Assembly (NCBI GenBank): GCA_051294375.1
Contig: CM119264.1
Span: 27,695,469 to 27,759,468 of the forward strand
DNA length: 64,000 nucleotides
From: Paraspadella gotoi
Lineage: Eukaryota > Animalia > Chaetognatha
Reading direction: 5' to 3'
Below are positions 25,894 through 38,760 of this stretch, piece after piece. The position numbers and the translations under genes are program-made. How positions within the stretch are numbered: the stretch's first letter is position 1; the number at the start of each line of letters is the position of its first letter. The notes beneath the pieces are model-generated. The model was not told the DNA's origin. It saw only the letters and a program-made list of their open reading frames with translations, and made no database searches.

Positions 25894-28800
25894 ATGGCCT
25901 CAAAATCCTTGCCCTGTTGCTGTCCTTCAGCTAAACCACTAACGGTAGACCAACAAGACTTGTTGAACTTTTAAATCTAAATAGAAAATCTAAACAAACA
26001 ATATTCGTTTATTTTTGAGTGTGTTCAATGACATTATTGATGCAAGTTCAAAGGATCTATTTGTTTATGAAAATTTTAAAACATTCATTAATGAAATCAG
26101 TAACTTCGGCATGGAGTCGTAATTGATCGCTATCTTCCCAGCCATCTTCTACGCTGAGATTAAGGTTCACAATCAATCCCAAAAAGAAAGGTTATCTCTT
26201 ATTGTCGAAACAGCTGTTTTTAAAAGATAATGAAAAAATTCCGTTCTTATGCCACGACATGACAACCACCCAGAGAACACTTACAGCGATCTTTATTTCA
26301 TGCTTTCAACATAATCTTATTCGAAATAAACCTAATGTAGTCTCCATGCTATCCTACAGTTGCGATTTAAACTCTCACCCCACTCGAAAGTTCTGCGGAA
26401 GAACAGACTCTCCACAAGGTGAACAACTCTTAAATTTTATATCTAAGTTTAATTTTATTACTGACTAAACAGTAATTTACCCACATTTATTAAGTAAAAA
26501 TACTACTGGTCCTCACACACCTATACAATTCGCATAACAACAGTATCAAAATTCTTCTGATAAATTCTCTCATGTCGCAAGCCTAAGACGTCGCAGTGAC
26601 CATCTATCCCACTACTAATAACCACAAAAACCATCAATCAGAGTAAAAAAAAGACATTTTAATAAACAAGACTAATTCGCGTCAGAAATTTCGATAATGA
26701 TCTTGCTGAAACAAATAACTTACTAAATTTTCACCTACCGATCTCATCTCAAAATGATCAGCAGATCTTTGCTGTCAACCAAATTTTACTCGCAAACATT
26801 GAAAAATGCTTTACCCAAAATACCACTAGCAAAAACTCACAAATCCTATACTTCATTAATTCATCATCTGAATTAAAAAATCTAATAAAAAGAAAAAGAA
26901 TATTCTTGCCAACGAAAAATTACAGAAAGCTAGATAAATTAAGAATTTACAAGTAATCCAATCTTGAAAAGTCGAATTTAATTATCTATGTCGCCAAAGT
27001 ACGGGACATTGAATAGAAATACCTTATGTGAGCACTAATTTTTAAACAAAAGACACAACATGCGCACTTTAAAATGAAAAAAGACCCCGCAAAGAAATGA
27101 GAAAACTCATAAATAAGATAACAATCTTAAAACCAATCATCATCACCAGCCAGATACCCTATGCTCAAAAGACCTGATGGCACTCACAGGCCGTTGAGCA
27201 ACAAAGCAATCTTTCAAGAAAATACACGCAGAAACGTTAAAAAATCAATTATGAGGAAAATCACCCAGTTCCTCGCAGGAAATGAAGATAATGGGTTAAA
27301 AGGTCGAAAAACTAACTAGACGAAATTTCACAACATTTCTAAACCTGGGCAATGGCCTCGATCACATGAAGACCGATGTTGAAATTGAGGAAATTGTCAG
27401 AGATTACATTTAGACCACTCAAAAATGATATGAAACAAATTAAAATCTCTAAAAAGAATTCTGAGACTCCAGGCAGAATAGGCAATCACTTACAGTAACA
27501 TGGCTTAACAAATTGCCTCTAGCAATACAATTGACTATATTAAGCTTCCCATTTACAAATCCATGTATTATTACTCGGTTTATTTTCCAGGACAACGTGG
27601 AAAGTCGCCAACAATGGTAATCCCCAAAACAGAAAGATTCCCCACCAATCCAACGAAACATCGCGACCCAATCACCTCCTGTTCAGTTTCTTGGGAGAAA
27701 ATTAGCCTGAACGCAACATAATATAGACCCCCAGGACTACATATAGCATGCTAGACAACGAGGAACAACGGCGCATACTTGCAGTCGGCTTCAAAAAAGG
27801 AAGGTTCTCCACCGTATAATAATTCGCCTTGTACCGAGGAATGCTACATGCGGGTTCAAGGCGTAGAGGAGGAACTATTCTCGTGCAACTTCTTGACCTA
27901 CGCTAAAGCATTTGACAAACATATGGCCTTCAAAGGTCTAAATATATAAACTACATAAAAATTCAAGCTACCCATAGGCATGCTAAAATATATTTCTGCT
28001 CCTCTTTTGTTCAAACCGAAAAATTTATGTGTCATATCAAGAAGGTTAAGAAAGATCTGAGAAAATCACAGAATAGTACAGTTATCTAGTGCGGCTTCCC
28101 CGTCAGGGGGGCTGAATATTTAAGTCTGAGATTCTTTGCATTTTATTGAAGAAACTCCCACTTCAAAGTGATATACGATTGTGAACAACAAATATCAACC
28201 TCACACTTAGAAACAAGAAAGCTTAGAGAAACTCCTCTCAATAATTGCTGATGACTGCGTTGCCCCTTAATGGGACAGTCTCCACAAAAATTGCGACGCA
28301 CGGCCTCAGTTGCCTCAGAGAAACTTCTTAACCGTTCTAGAAAAAATGCGATTTTGCATACATGGTTCTATAGGTATCTATGTCCTTGCTAAATTCGTTA
28401 ATTGCCAGTTCTTATCACTAGATGTCCTTCTTTATTTTACTACGACGTAAAACTATATCTTTTTAATGCAAAGACATTCCAGTCTGTAATTCAGTCTGTT
28501 TTTCTTGGTTGTAAAATAGATCCGTAAACTAACTATGGAACAATGCATATTAACGAACTTGTTTTCTAAAGCAAAATCAAAAATATTAGCAATTAAAACC
28601 GTCTTATCCCGTCTTTCGTTGGTGACAATTTTAATTTCTGTGACCCATCAATCTTGTTATCTTCCTAAGTAGTATTCTTTACATTTAATTGTATTCTTAC
28701 CCTCCGTGTTTTACTTAATTTGCAAATGCCAACTCCGGGAAAAATTATAATCAGTTGACAATTAACGAAGCAATCAAAATTATTTCATAAATTTACCGAG

Positions 28801-29060
28801 ATTCATATTCGATAGCGGAAAATTGCTTTCAGAATGCAGCTAGTAGAACTCACCTCACTGGAATATGTTCGTTAATTTATCATCCACAGAATTGAAATGT
28901 TAGTAACGTCACAATCCATTATTTGACGAACATTATATGATCGCATTGCTTCCAAATACCGTCTATACTAATATTTCCCCAATAGCAACTTTGTTGGCTG
29001 GGATTCGGGTTCTACTAACAAAAACAAATTGTATTACACTGTAATTTTAGAAAGATCCAT
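25894..29060 (+). CDS. LINE ORF2, apurinic-type endonuclease + reverse transcriptase (frameshifted)
   Basis: APE: VLQLN, DLNSH (~26364), LPTF, SDH (~26598). RT: TPG, WKVA, IPK, RPIT, GFKKG, KAFDK (~27905), PQG-like (~28100), ADD (~28247). Confidence 0.9.
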
Positions 29061-29804
29061 TGCGTCATGGTAAACTGAAAGTGTGATATAGCAGGCCTTA
29101 GACTATAACTACAGTTGAAGTAATATAGACCGTTGTAATCTTGATAGAATAGCTGAAGTAAAAATTGAAGCTACAAAAAGCTAGTAGGAAGTATAATTAC
29201 CATTGTTTAAAGTAACAGGATTCGATGCTCTAAAATATCTCTATTTTTGATATAAAAGTAGCTTATTTGACAGGTTAGCTAGTTTTGAAACTGCCTAAAG
29301 CTTCTACTCCTATTTCAATATCAATATATATGGATATCTCCTCTCTCACTCTCCTCTCTTCTCCTCTCTCTCTCTCTCTTTCTACTCTCTTTACTCCCAT
29401 TTTCCAATTAAGAAGAAATACCGGCGTGATTTCACGCGCGGTCTTGGGGTCGAAGTGTTGAGATGAGAGAGATGAGAAAACGAGGTATTTAAGGAGTGAA
29501 GGCTGTGGGTAAAGCTGTGGGTAGCTGTGGCGGTAAGGCTGTGGATAAGGACTGTCTTAGCCATTAGGATATTGTAGGCAGGGCGAGGAAAACGTCCGCG
29601 TGGTCCGGCGCAGTGAGGGATCGACGTATCGGCGACCTACATATTCCCTTTGAAATTAAGACGCATCTATTATCTATCTATCTATCTACTCTATCTATCT
29701 TATCTACTATCTATCTATCTTCTATCTATCTAATCTATCTATGCTATCTAGCTTTTCAACAGAAAACATTTAAAGTCTCTCTCTTATACTATCATCTCTC
29801 CTCT

Positions 29805-29853
<49 letters not shown>

Positions 29854-29898
29854 CTCTCTCTCTCTCTCTCCTCNNNNNNNNNNNNNNNNNNNNNNNNN

Positions 29899-29976
<78 letters not shown>

Positions 29977-30020
29977 CTGCTCTTTCCAACAAAAAAATTT
30001 AAGTCTCTCTCATCTTCTCT

Positions 30021-30097
<77 letters not shown>

Positions 30098-30589
30098 ACT
30101 CATTCTCTCCGTCGCTCCTTATTTAACCTTTTGATCCTTGGCGCGATGGCAAAACACATTCAATGATGATGACAATTCGCAAAAAAAAACTTTATTCAAT
30201 TCCTCAATTAGTTTTTTAACAGTCAAGCAGTAGAACAAAACAGGAAAGGTAAGTTAAAGGTAAGGGCATAATTAGTTGGATACAACTTTTCTACCTATAT
30301 TATATATTATTAAGTATAATATTATTATTACTTTTTTCCTATTGCTTAGAGCGAAAATTTTGTATTTGTTTGTTTTTAAACAAAAACAATCTTTTTTTTC
30401 TCTCTAAATTTTTACACAACGAATAGAAAATCTCTATAGTCTATACACTACCAATATTTTGAACAATTAAAACGCTTTACAATTATTTTTAAAGATTTAA
30501 CAAAACTATGAATTCGCGTTTGATCTAGTCGGCGCCATATAATAAAAGATAGAAAATAACAAATTAAACTCTAAAAGCGAGAAAATCCC

Positions 30590-30900
30590 AAAGGACCAAT
30601 CAAAGAACGTCTTTTCTATTAGCGAACCCCAGACGACCAATCAAAGAACGCCAATAGTAAACAAAGAGCAACCGCGAGAGATCGGAGACGTCGGGGAGTG
30701 ACGCGAAATAGAAACTTGGCATTTAATGCTTAGGTGGAGAATGCAAGCTATTGCAAGCCTTTGGTTACTCCTCGGTGCCAAGGAAAATTGTGTGGATAAA
30801 AACTATTTATTATAGTATTAAGAGATACTGGTCCCAGATCAAAGAAACGGATGGTCCCTTTGGTGTGCCCCTTGAAAATAACCAATAACCAATAACATAA
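30590..30900. promoter_or_regulatory. CCAAT-box cluster, putative promoter
   Basis: gaccaatcaaagaacg twice (~30594, ~30635), ccaatag at ~30650 and accaataaccaata at ~30881; repeated in copy 2. Confidence 0.3.
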
Positions 30901-31844
30901 TTGTTGGCCTTACGATGTAGTTAAATCACCAGCCACTCGGCGGGACAAATATGCATAACATAGACGCAACTAAGGGTTGCCAACTTTTGATATGAGAAAA
31001 AAGTCTCAGCCTTCAACAACAACAAAAATGGCAGAATGAAACACAAAATTTTTAAACTTTTTTTTCGTTTTCATCTCATTTTTTTTCATCGAATGATTTA
31101 GGGTCAGAATGTTCGGGAGAGAAGAGGACATGAGTTGGAAGGCAGGGACGAGACTGTGGCCTTGAAGGTGGGAGGATGGGGGAAAAAGGGGGAAGGGAGA
31201 GAGGAAGAACGTGATGAAAGGGACAAAGGGATCACGGAGGAGATTAGGAAAAGGACAAATGGATAAAGGGATTATGGAAAAGGAGAATGGAAAAAGAAAA
31301 AAAAAGGTAGAAATGGATTTTTGGAAAGAGTGAAAAGGGACAAAGAAATTAAGTAGGGGAGAGAGAAAAAAAAGAGACATAACTATGCCAGGGAGCCGGG
31401 AGGCGAAAGCCCTTCTCCCAGAGACGATAAAATATATTCATACACAACAACACTACGAGATTCGAGAGATTTGCATAAGTTTTTTGAATCCCTTCTCGTT
31501 CCTCCCTCGCTGTTTTAGGGGGGGGGGGAGGTCAGAGGGAGGGGTGGGGGGGATGAGATGGAAATAGGGGAAAAGGGATGAGGGTTGGAGAGTGAATTCA
31601 GGATGGTGAGCGGAAGGGAGGGTTTTTGATGTTCGAATGTATTAAATGGTGTTTAGTATTGGTATTTAAATAGATGATGGTTCGATCTCGTGTCGCGTTT
31701 GAAGTGAAACCAATTGAGCGTAATGGGAGCACATCTTGTCTAGGAAGAAGGGAGCGAAGTCTTTTGTATGGAGCGACATTTTTAGAGTGGAAGACAAGCG
31801 ACCGTCTTTTATGGAGGGAGGCGACATTTAGAAGGGAAGAATGA

Positions 31845-32165
31845 CCACAGTCTTTTTGAGAGTGAAGGAGGAGGTGACAGTCTTTGAGAGTGAAGAATGG
31901 AAGGCGACAGTCTTTGTTTGAGAGTGAAGGAATGGGAGGCGACAGCTTTTTGAGAGTGGAAGGAATGGGAGGCGACAGTCTTTTTGAGAGTGAAGGAATG
32001 GGCGGCGACAGTCTTTTGAGAGTGGAAGGAATGGGAGGCGACAGTATTTTTTTGAGAGTGGAAGGAATGGGAGGCGACAGTCTTTTTTGAGAGTGGAAGA
32101 ATGGAGGCGACAGTCTTTTGAGAGTGGAAGGAATGGGAGCGACAGTCTTTTGAGAGTGAAAGATG
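31845..32165. repeat. 33-bp VNTR with open reading frames
   Basis: gagagtggaaggaatgggaggcgacagtctttt, about 10 units here and about 6 at 40430-40615. Reads RRQSFESGRNG on + or KRLSPPIPSTL on -. Confidence 0.9.
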
Positions 32166-33231
32166 TAGGAAGGGTACCAGGGCATAGAATAGGGTAGAAG
32201 AAGACGCCGGACCGAAAAGAGCAGAGGCCATTTGATCTTTTTTGCATTTTGTATGGAAGAGCCCAGACGGAGACACTTTATGAAAGAGAGATGGAAGAAG
32301 AATGGAAAGATTGAAAGAAAGACTCGAGACGAATGACACTTTATAGAAAGAAAGATGGAAAGATTGAAAGAAAGATTCAAGCGAAGTCATTTTTGAGACA
32401 AGAGAGATGGAAAGAAATGGAAAGATTGACAGAAAGACTAGACTGATACTTTTTGAAAAAGAGAGATGGAAAGTGATTGGAAAGAAAGACGCGACGAAAA
32501 CTCTGAAAAAGATAGCGACCTATTGGAAGATTGAAAGAAGACCAGACCTTATACTTTCGGAGAAGAGAAAGAAAACAAAGGGAAACACAAAGACGAGACG
32601 CTTTTGAGAAAGATGAAATGATGAAAATTTGAAATGAAAGACGAGATGAACGCATTGGGAAATTGGATACAAAAAGACTTAGAATTCAACGAGGACACAA
32701 AATCTGAAGCGAAAAATATCTTTCTTAGAGAGTTGCTATAAATAAGATACAAGAATGGACAATTTTTTTTGTGCTTCTCATTTTACTTTTGTTTGAATGT
32801 AGTAGTTATATATACATTAAACTCTAACTTCATGGCGAATCCTTTTTTTTTCACATTTTTTAATGCTTATATCTGAAAGATATGTAAATATATGTAAATC
32901 AACGAACGTTCTCTCTTAACTTAATTAATATTAATCAACCGAGAAAATTAATATTCCGATATTACTGTCAATATCTTTTATTTGAGTAAAAGCTTTGGAG
33001 GTGTAATGTCTCAAGAGGGATACATCTCATAATTTATGATTACTATTTATATCTATCTAATCTATCTATCTATCTATCTATCTATCTATATATCTATCTA
33101 TCTATCAGATCTATCTATCTATACTATCTATCTATCTATCTATCTAACTATCTATCTATCTGTCCATCTTTCCAACGTCGATTTCTTCGATTCGTTTCCC
33201 ACGTTTTTCCGATATATTCGACGACGATGAA

Positions 33232-33269
<38 letters not shown>

Positions 33270-34197
33270 TGGATGATGACGACGATGATGGTCGCAGTTT
33301 TCGGATTCGATATCTTTGGCTTCCATTTCAATTCCTAGGGAAATTTATTAGACGACTGAGAAACGCATCCGACGTTCCGAGAAGGTCGGACGGAGGGAAA
33401 GAAAGGGAGGAAAGGAGAGGAAAAAAAAAGGAGGAAAGGAGAGGAAAAAAAAGGGAAGAAAAGGAGAAAAAAAGGAGAGGAAAGAAGAAGGAAAGGAGAG
33501 AAAAGGGAGAGGAAAAAGGAGAGGAAAGAGGAAGGAAAGGAAGAGAAAAGGAGTATGAAAAGGAAGGAAAGAAGAAGAAGACAGAGAGGAGAAAGGAGAA
33601 GAAAGGATATGTAAGGGAGTAAGGAGGAGAAAAGGAAAGGAAAGAAGGAAAGGGAGAGAAAAGGAGATGAAAGGAGGAGGAACAGAGAGGAAAGGAGAAA
33701 AAGAGTAGATGGGAGGGAGGGAGGAGGAAAGGAGGAGAAAAGTAAGGAAGAAGGAGGAAAGAAAGGGAAATAAGAAAAAAGAGAGGAAAGAAGGAGGAAA
33801 GAGAAGGAAGGGAAGGAGTAGAGGAAAAGAGAGGAAGGGGAGAAAAGTAAGTTAGCAGAGGAAAGGGGTAAGTAACAAATAAAGAATGATAAGAAAAGTT
33901 GACAAATACATAGGAGGGGAATGAGAAACTTTTTATTCACTGAGAAAAGTGACCATAAATTTACACTACCGACATAAACGACATAAAGCGACATTACCTA
34001 AAATTAACCTGACGAGATAACTATACATACTTAAGAAACAAAATAAGACAAACGAAAAAACGAAGAGAAAAAAAAAGAAATGAAAGAACCAACTTTGCCA
34101 ATCAAAGTCAATGAGAGAAATAAGAAAGGTATTACCTTTAATAAACCGTCGATATATCGTGGTTAGGAGGAAATACATGGAGAGAAGAGGGAGAGAG

Positions 34198-34273
<76 letters not shown>

Positions 34274-34329
34274 AGAGAAGAGAAGAAGAGAAAAGAGAAG
34301 AAAGAGTCAGTCAAGACGACAGTCTCAAC

Positions 34330-34816
34330 TTGGCATGCAAACGAAAGTGGGAGAGGGAAGGGGGGCGGGCGAAGGGGCCACAGGGGGAGAGACCTCGCGA
34401 TGCTGTTTTTATTTTTCCACTTTGTCTCATTTAACTTAGGCAACCAATATTCTCTCGTTGCAGGCGAGTAGGAATGGGTGTTGATGGACGGGTGGAGTGA
34501 GGCAGGGTAGGTCAAGGTCTTGCGCCAATCTCAAAAGTCTGACAGCAAATAAGAATGGCAAGAGACAAATTCTCGCCTTGCCATTTTCGATAAAAGCATG
34601 CCTTATTCCCCTCCAAAATGATCTAACGGCTTTTATTCGATTTAGAGATAAATATATTTACAAAAATAGTATTGTGAAAAAAAAAAACATATTTAAGTTT
34701 GTTCAACTAATCAGGTAGCATAATAAAAAATATGACGGAAGATAACAGTCGGAGCTTTAATCTATCAGTTCAGTGTCTACGAGTCGTCGTCGACGTCGTC
34801 GTCCGACGCTGTCGTC

Positions 34817-34848
<32 letters not shown>

Positions 34849-35867
34849 TCGTTCGTCTTCACAATCCTTACGATGAGACCAGAGTGACGAGAATAGAAAA
34901 GACGAGAGGTCGGTGAATCGCGAGTAAAACCGGTGAATCGATAAAACCCTGGAGTCAATTGTGAGGAAAAAAAATTAAAATGGGAATAAGCAAGACATTA
35001 AATTCACCGACGATCTAAAACAAATTTAAAAAAAGACATAGATGTAAAAAAAAAACCAAACGAAACAAAAAATTTAAGCGAGAAATAAATCGAACAGAAA
35101 AAAGTAAGATTCGTAAATATCCAATATCAATCATTCAATCAATCATTATATCCTTTAACCAATCAATAATCAAAATCATTATCTTTGACAAGAAATTCCG
35201 TTCTGTCACAAAGATATCGGTTTCATTTCGTTCATTTTCATTTAAATTTCTTTATATACGTTATTTCATTAATTTCTCCGCATTTCTTCGTATGTTTTAT
35301 TCTTTACGATGCCCATCATGTTGAGAAGTTCTGGTTTAAATATTACACATTACAGCAAAAAGAAACATGAAAAGTAATACGATTTAAGAGAAATAAAAAA
35401 ATTAAAAAAGTCAAGTCAACTATTAGAAAAAATGTAAAAAAAAAGAGAAAGAGAGACAAGAGTCGACGCGAAGGAAAAAAAAGGGCCAAAAAGAAAAAAA
35501 AAAGAAAAAAAGGAGAGAAGAGAAAATAAGGGAGAGAGAGAAAAAAAAAAGGAGAGAGAAAGAAGTCAACGACGGCCGGAAGAGAATGAAGAAGTAAGTG
35601 GACCGAGTAATTATTCCATCTCTGTCTCTCAGTCAGAATCTTAACGCGTTTCTTTTTTTTTCGCTTTTTTCTTTCTTTTTTTTCTCCTCCTTTTCTCCTT
35701 TTTATTTTTTTACGCCTTTCTTCCTTTTTTTATTTGTTTTATTTTTTTTCTGAGTATTTGTTTTTGGGACTTTTGATTGTTATTCGCGCCAGCGCGCTTT
35801 ATTGTCAGTTTTTTCTTTGCGCGAAGGGAGGGTCCCCTCTCTCTCTCTCTCTCCTCTCCCTCTCTCG

Positions 35868-35898
<31 letters not shown>

Positions 35899-36032
35899 CT
35901 GCTCTCTCTCTCTTCCTCCTCCTCATCTGTAAAGGCAACTGTCAGGGTCATATTTCATGCATCGAAATCACATCACCTTGCGTTGCCCTCCCCTCCCCTT
36001 CTCTCTCTTCGCTCTCTCCTCTCCTCGTGCTC

Positions 36033-36065
<33 letters not shown>

Positions 36066-38501
36066 CTCTCCTCTCTCTCTCTCCTCTCTGTCTTTCTTTG
36101 TTTTTTTCTTTCCTTCTCTTCTCTTTCACTTTCTGATTCTCTCTCGCATCGCACCTTTTTCCATTTTCCATCCTCGTCCACATCCGAATGACATCCGGCA
36201 TCTTCTTTGTCATAGGCATCTCTTTAATCTCATCCGGGTCTGTTTGACGCGACATCACTTCAAAACTCATCGGTCTTTTTGTGGCAGGCAAACAATTTTG
36301 AATTACATTCGATCTCTTGTCGCAGTTTTAGAGCCACATTCGTTCTTTTTTTCTTTGTTTCGGCGTACTTTCGAATCACATCCGGGTCTTTTCTTCACAG
36401 GCTTCACTTTCTTATCATATTTTTCTCCCATAATTTTTCTTTCTTTTTTCTTATCTTTTTCTCGCCCCGCAGACTTTGTCCGTTTCTCCTCCAATAATTT
36501 CCAGTTTTTTCTTCAAAAACATTTTCTTTTTGTTTTTGAATTTATTTCTTTTTTTTTATCTTTTTGGTGTACAGAGTTGTCGTGTTGGTATATGACAAAC
36601 GTTCTCGTTGTTGTTGTTGTTATTGTCGCTAAAGAGTAAAATTAGAATTTTACATCAATATTCTGTTATAGCTACAAAATGGTTTTATTTATCAAAACAA
36701 TGAGGATAGCTAATTACAGCATATATATATAAAATCTCTTTACTCTCTCTCTCCTCTCCGCTTCCGTTTCACACAATCACAAACTCACATACCTACTTTT
36801 CAATTCTTCTCATTTCCTACATTCATTCCATCTCTCTCGCTATTTTTCTTCTCTAAGCTGGCTCTCACTCTTCAAAAATATCACTCTCAGGCCTTTTCGG
36901 CTCTCACCTCGCCATTTCCCATTTCACGTGTCACAGTCACGACGCGTTATCGAGTGAAAAAAGTGAATATTGGGTTTTTGTTTGTATGTGAGCGAAATGA
37001 GAGGTGAATGTTTCTTATCTTTATTATCTCTTTCTTTCTTTCTTAATTTTGATCTTTCTCTTTCCCTTTCTTTTCTTCTCTTCTTCTTTCTTTCTTTCTT
37101 TCTTTTTTCTTTCTTTCTTTCTTCTTTCTTTCTTTCTTTCTTTCTATTCTTTTTCTTTCTTTCTTTGTTCTTTCTTATTCTTTCAATATTTCTATTTTCA
37201 TTTGTTATATTGCTCTTCGCCATTTTTCTCGTCACACTTTTTTACTTTTCTCTTCTTCTTCCTTTCCTTCTCTCCTCCTCTTTCTAACCAGTGACTTCCT
37301 CCCATCTTTCGTTGGAGCAGAAAAAGGAAGGAACTTAGCCAGAAAAGTAGTGACAGCAGAAAGAACGAAAGAAAGAAAGAAAGAAGAAAGAAAGAAAGAA
37401 AGAGAGAAAGAAGGAGAGAAAAAATAAGAAAGAAGAAAGAAAGAAAGAAAAGAAAAGAAAAGAAAGAAAGAAAGAAAGAAAGAAAAAAGAAAGAAAGACA
37501 AAAATTTAAAAATTAAAAGAAGAAGCTAATAAAGAGAGAAAGAAGAAAAAAGTGTTAAAAATACAAATACAATATAAAGAAAAAACACGTAAAAAAAACG
37601 AATGAAAGAGAGAATTAAAAACACAATAGTTCAGATTAGAAAAGAAAAAGAAAGAAAAAAGGAGGAACTAAAGGATAAAGAGACGGAAATGAAGGAACGA
37701 AAAAAGAGAGAGATTGAAATTTGTCTTCGCTTCGGCAACGGAGCGCGTAAATCCGCCTTGTAAAACGCTCAATCAAAAAAATAATAAAAATGTTTAAAAA
37801 AAAAAATAAAAAAAAAGGAAGAAAAAAAATAAAAGAAACGGGCCCCTGAAAGTTGTCTCGCTTTCGACATGTTTTCTGGCGAATTTGGGTTTTTTTTAGT
37901 TTTGTAAACGACTAAAATAAGAAATAGTCGTGATATTTATTAGACAAAAATTCGTTTTAAGATGATGAAGACTCTAACTTTGTAAGAGTCGAAACATGTC
38001 GACTTACTTGTCAAAAAATTCGTTGCCACAACTAAAAAACTGTTTTTCTAAACAAAATATCATAATACGGGGATGTTTTGTTAAAACGTTCCAAGGATTC
38101 AACACTACATAATATGTAATGTAATATCTAATGTAAAAATTCAATTTCGGTCTCGCAGAGGGCGTGACGGTTTCGTTTCGCAAAACAAAAGACAAAAATT
38201 GGATTTGATGTCGATGATGGTGGAGGCAGCTGCGGTACAGCGGGGAAGCGGAGAATGCTGCATGACGAGAGCAGCGTTGGCAGTGATTTTTACGACGTCA
38301 ACTCCTATGCCTGCTTTGTTTGCCCACAAAATTCCCCACATACCTAATTAATTAAAAAAATAAAGATAATAAATTGATGTAATTCAAAGAATTTTAACTT
38401 TGTCCCCGACCTCACTAGTATTTCGAGCCCATTGGAGTTTACATCCCTTAAATATGATTCTCTATCTCTCCTCTCTCTCTCTCTCTCTCTCTCCTCTCTC
38501 T

Positions 38502-38545
<44 letters not shown>

Positions 38546-38760
38546 TCTCTCTCTCTCTCTCTCGCCAGAGGCATGTACCTTTGCATGGTTCTCATATTCT
38601 TATTCAACCTCTCGTTATCCACGCATCGTTCTGCTCGAGCGAACAAATATCTCTTGCTGCATTAAGAAATTCTCGCAGAATCATCACATTACAATCTTGT
38701 CAATCTGCCTCTTCCGTCCAGAGATATCTATATCAGGCTAAGCAATTATCTAAGAACTCA
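34330..38760 (-). CDS. Multi-exon gene of unknown function, Lys/Glu-rich (also in copies 2 and 3)
   Basis: Candidate minus-strand exons with AG acceptors: 38343-38008 (ends at a GTAAGT donor); 36628 onward (ttctaat branch-like site; DNNNNNNENV..EEKLEIIGGET..DKKVKPVKKRPGC); ~35360-35150 (LLNMMGIVKN..NETDIFVTERNFLSKIMIL); 34948 onward (FIDSPVLLRDSPTSRLFYSRHSGLIVKDCEDDD, frame from copy 2); 34622 onward (SFWRIRHAFIEMARREFCLLPF, frame from copy 3). Confidence 0.45.

Larger units (their letters stand above)
24221..29335 (+). mobile_element. Full-length non-LTR retrotransposon (APE + RT, I/Jockey group) inserted in (CT)n
   Basis: 5' end (t)cattctt resembles an initiator. It carries a gag-like ORF1 and an APE/RT ORF2 (see below), and both ends abut CT repeats. 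Confidence 0.92.

Noticed and set aside
30223-30248. 26-nt + strand microexon (ttaacag|...aaag|gtaagt)
   Set aside because: Splice signals are good, but the length is not a multiple of 3 and no linked exons were identified.
30972-30986. hAT-like terminus (aagggttgccaac)
   Set aside because: No matching inverted end or target-site duplication found.
35270-35325. Possible SECIS on the minus strand (ATGA-N11-AA)
   Set aside because: The stem pairs poorly and the stretch looks like coding exon; needs SECISearch.
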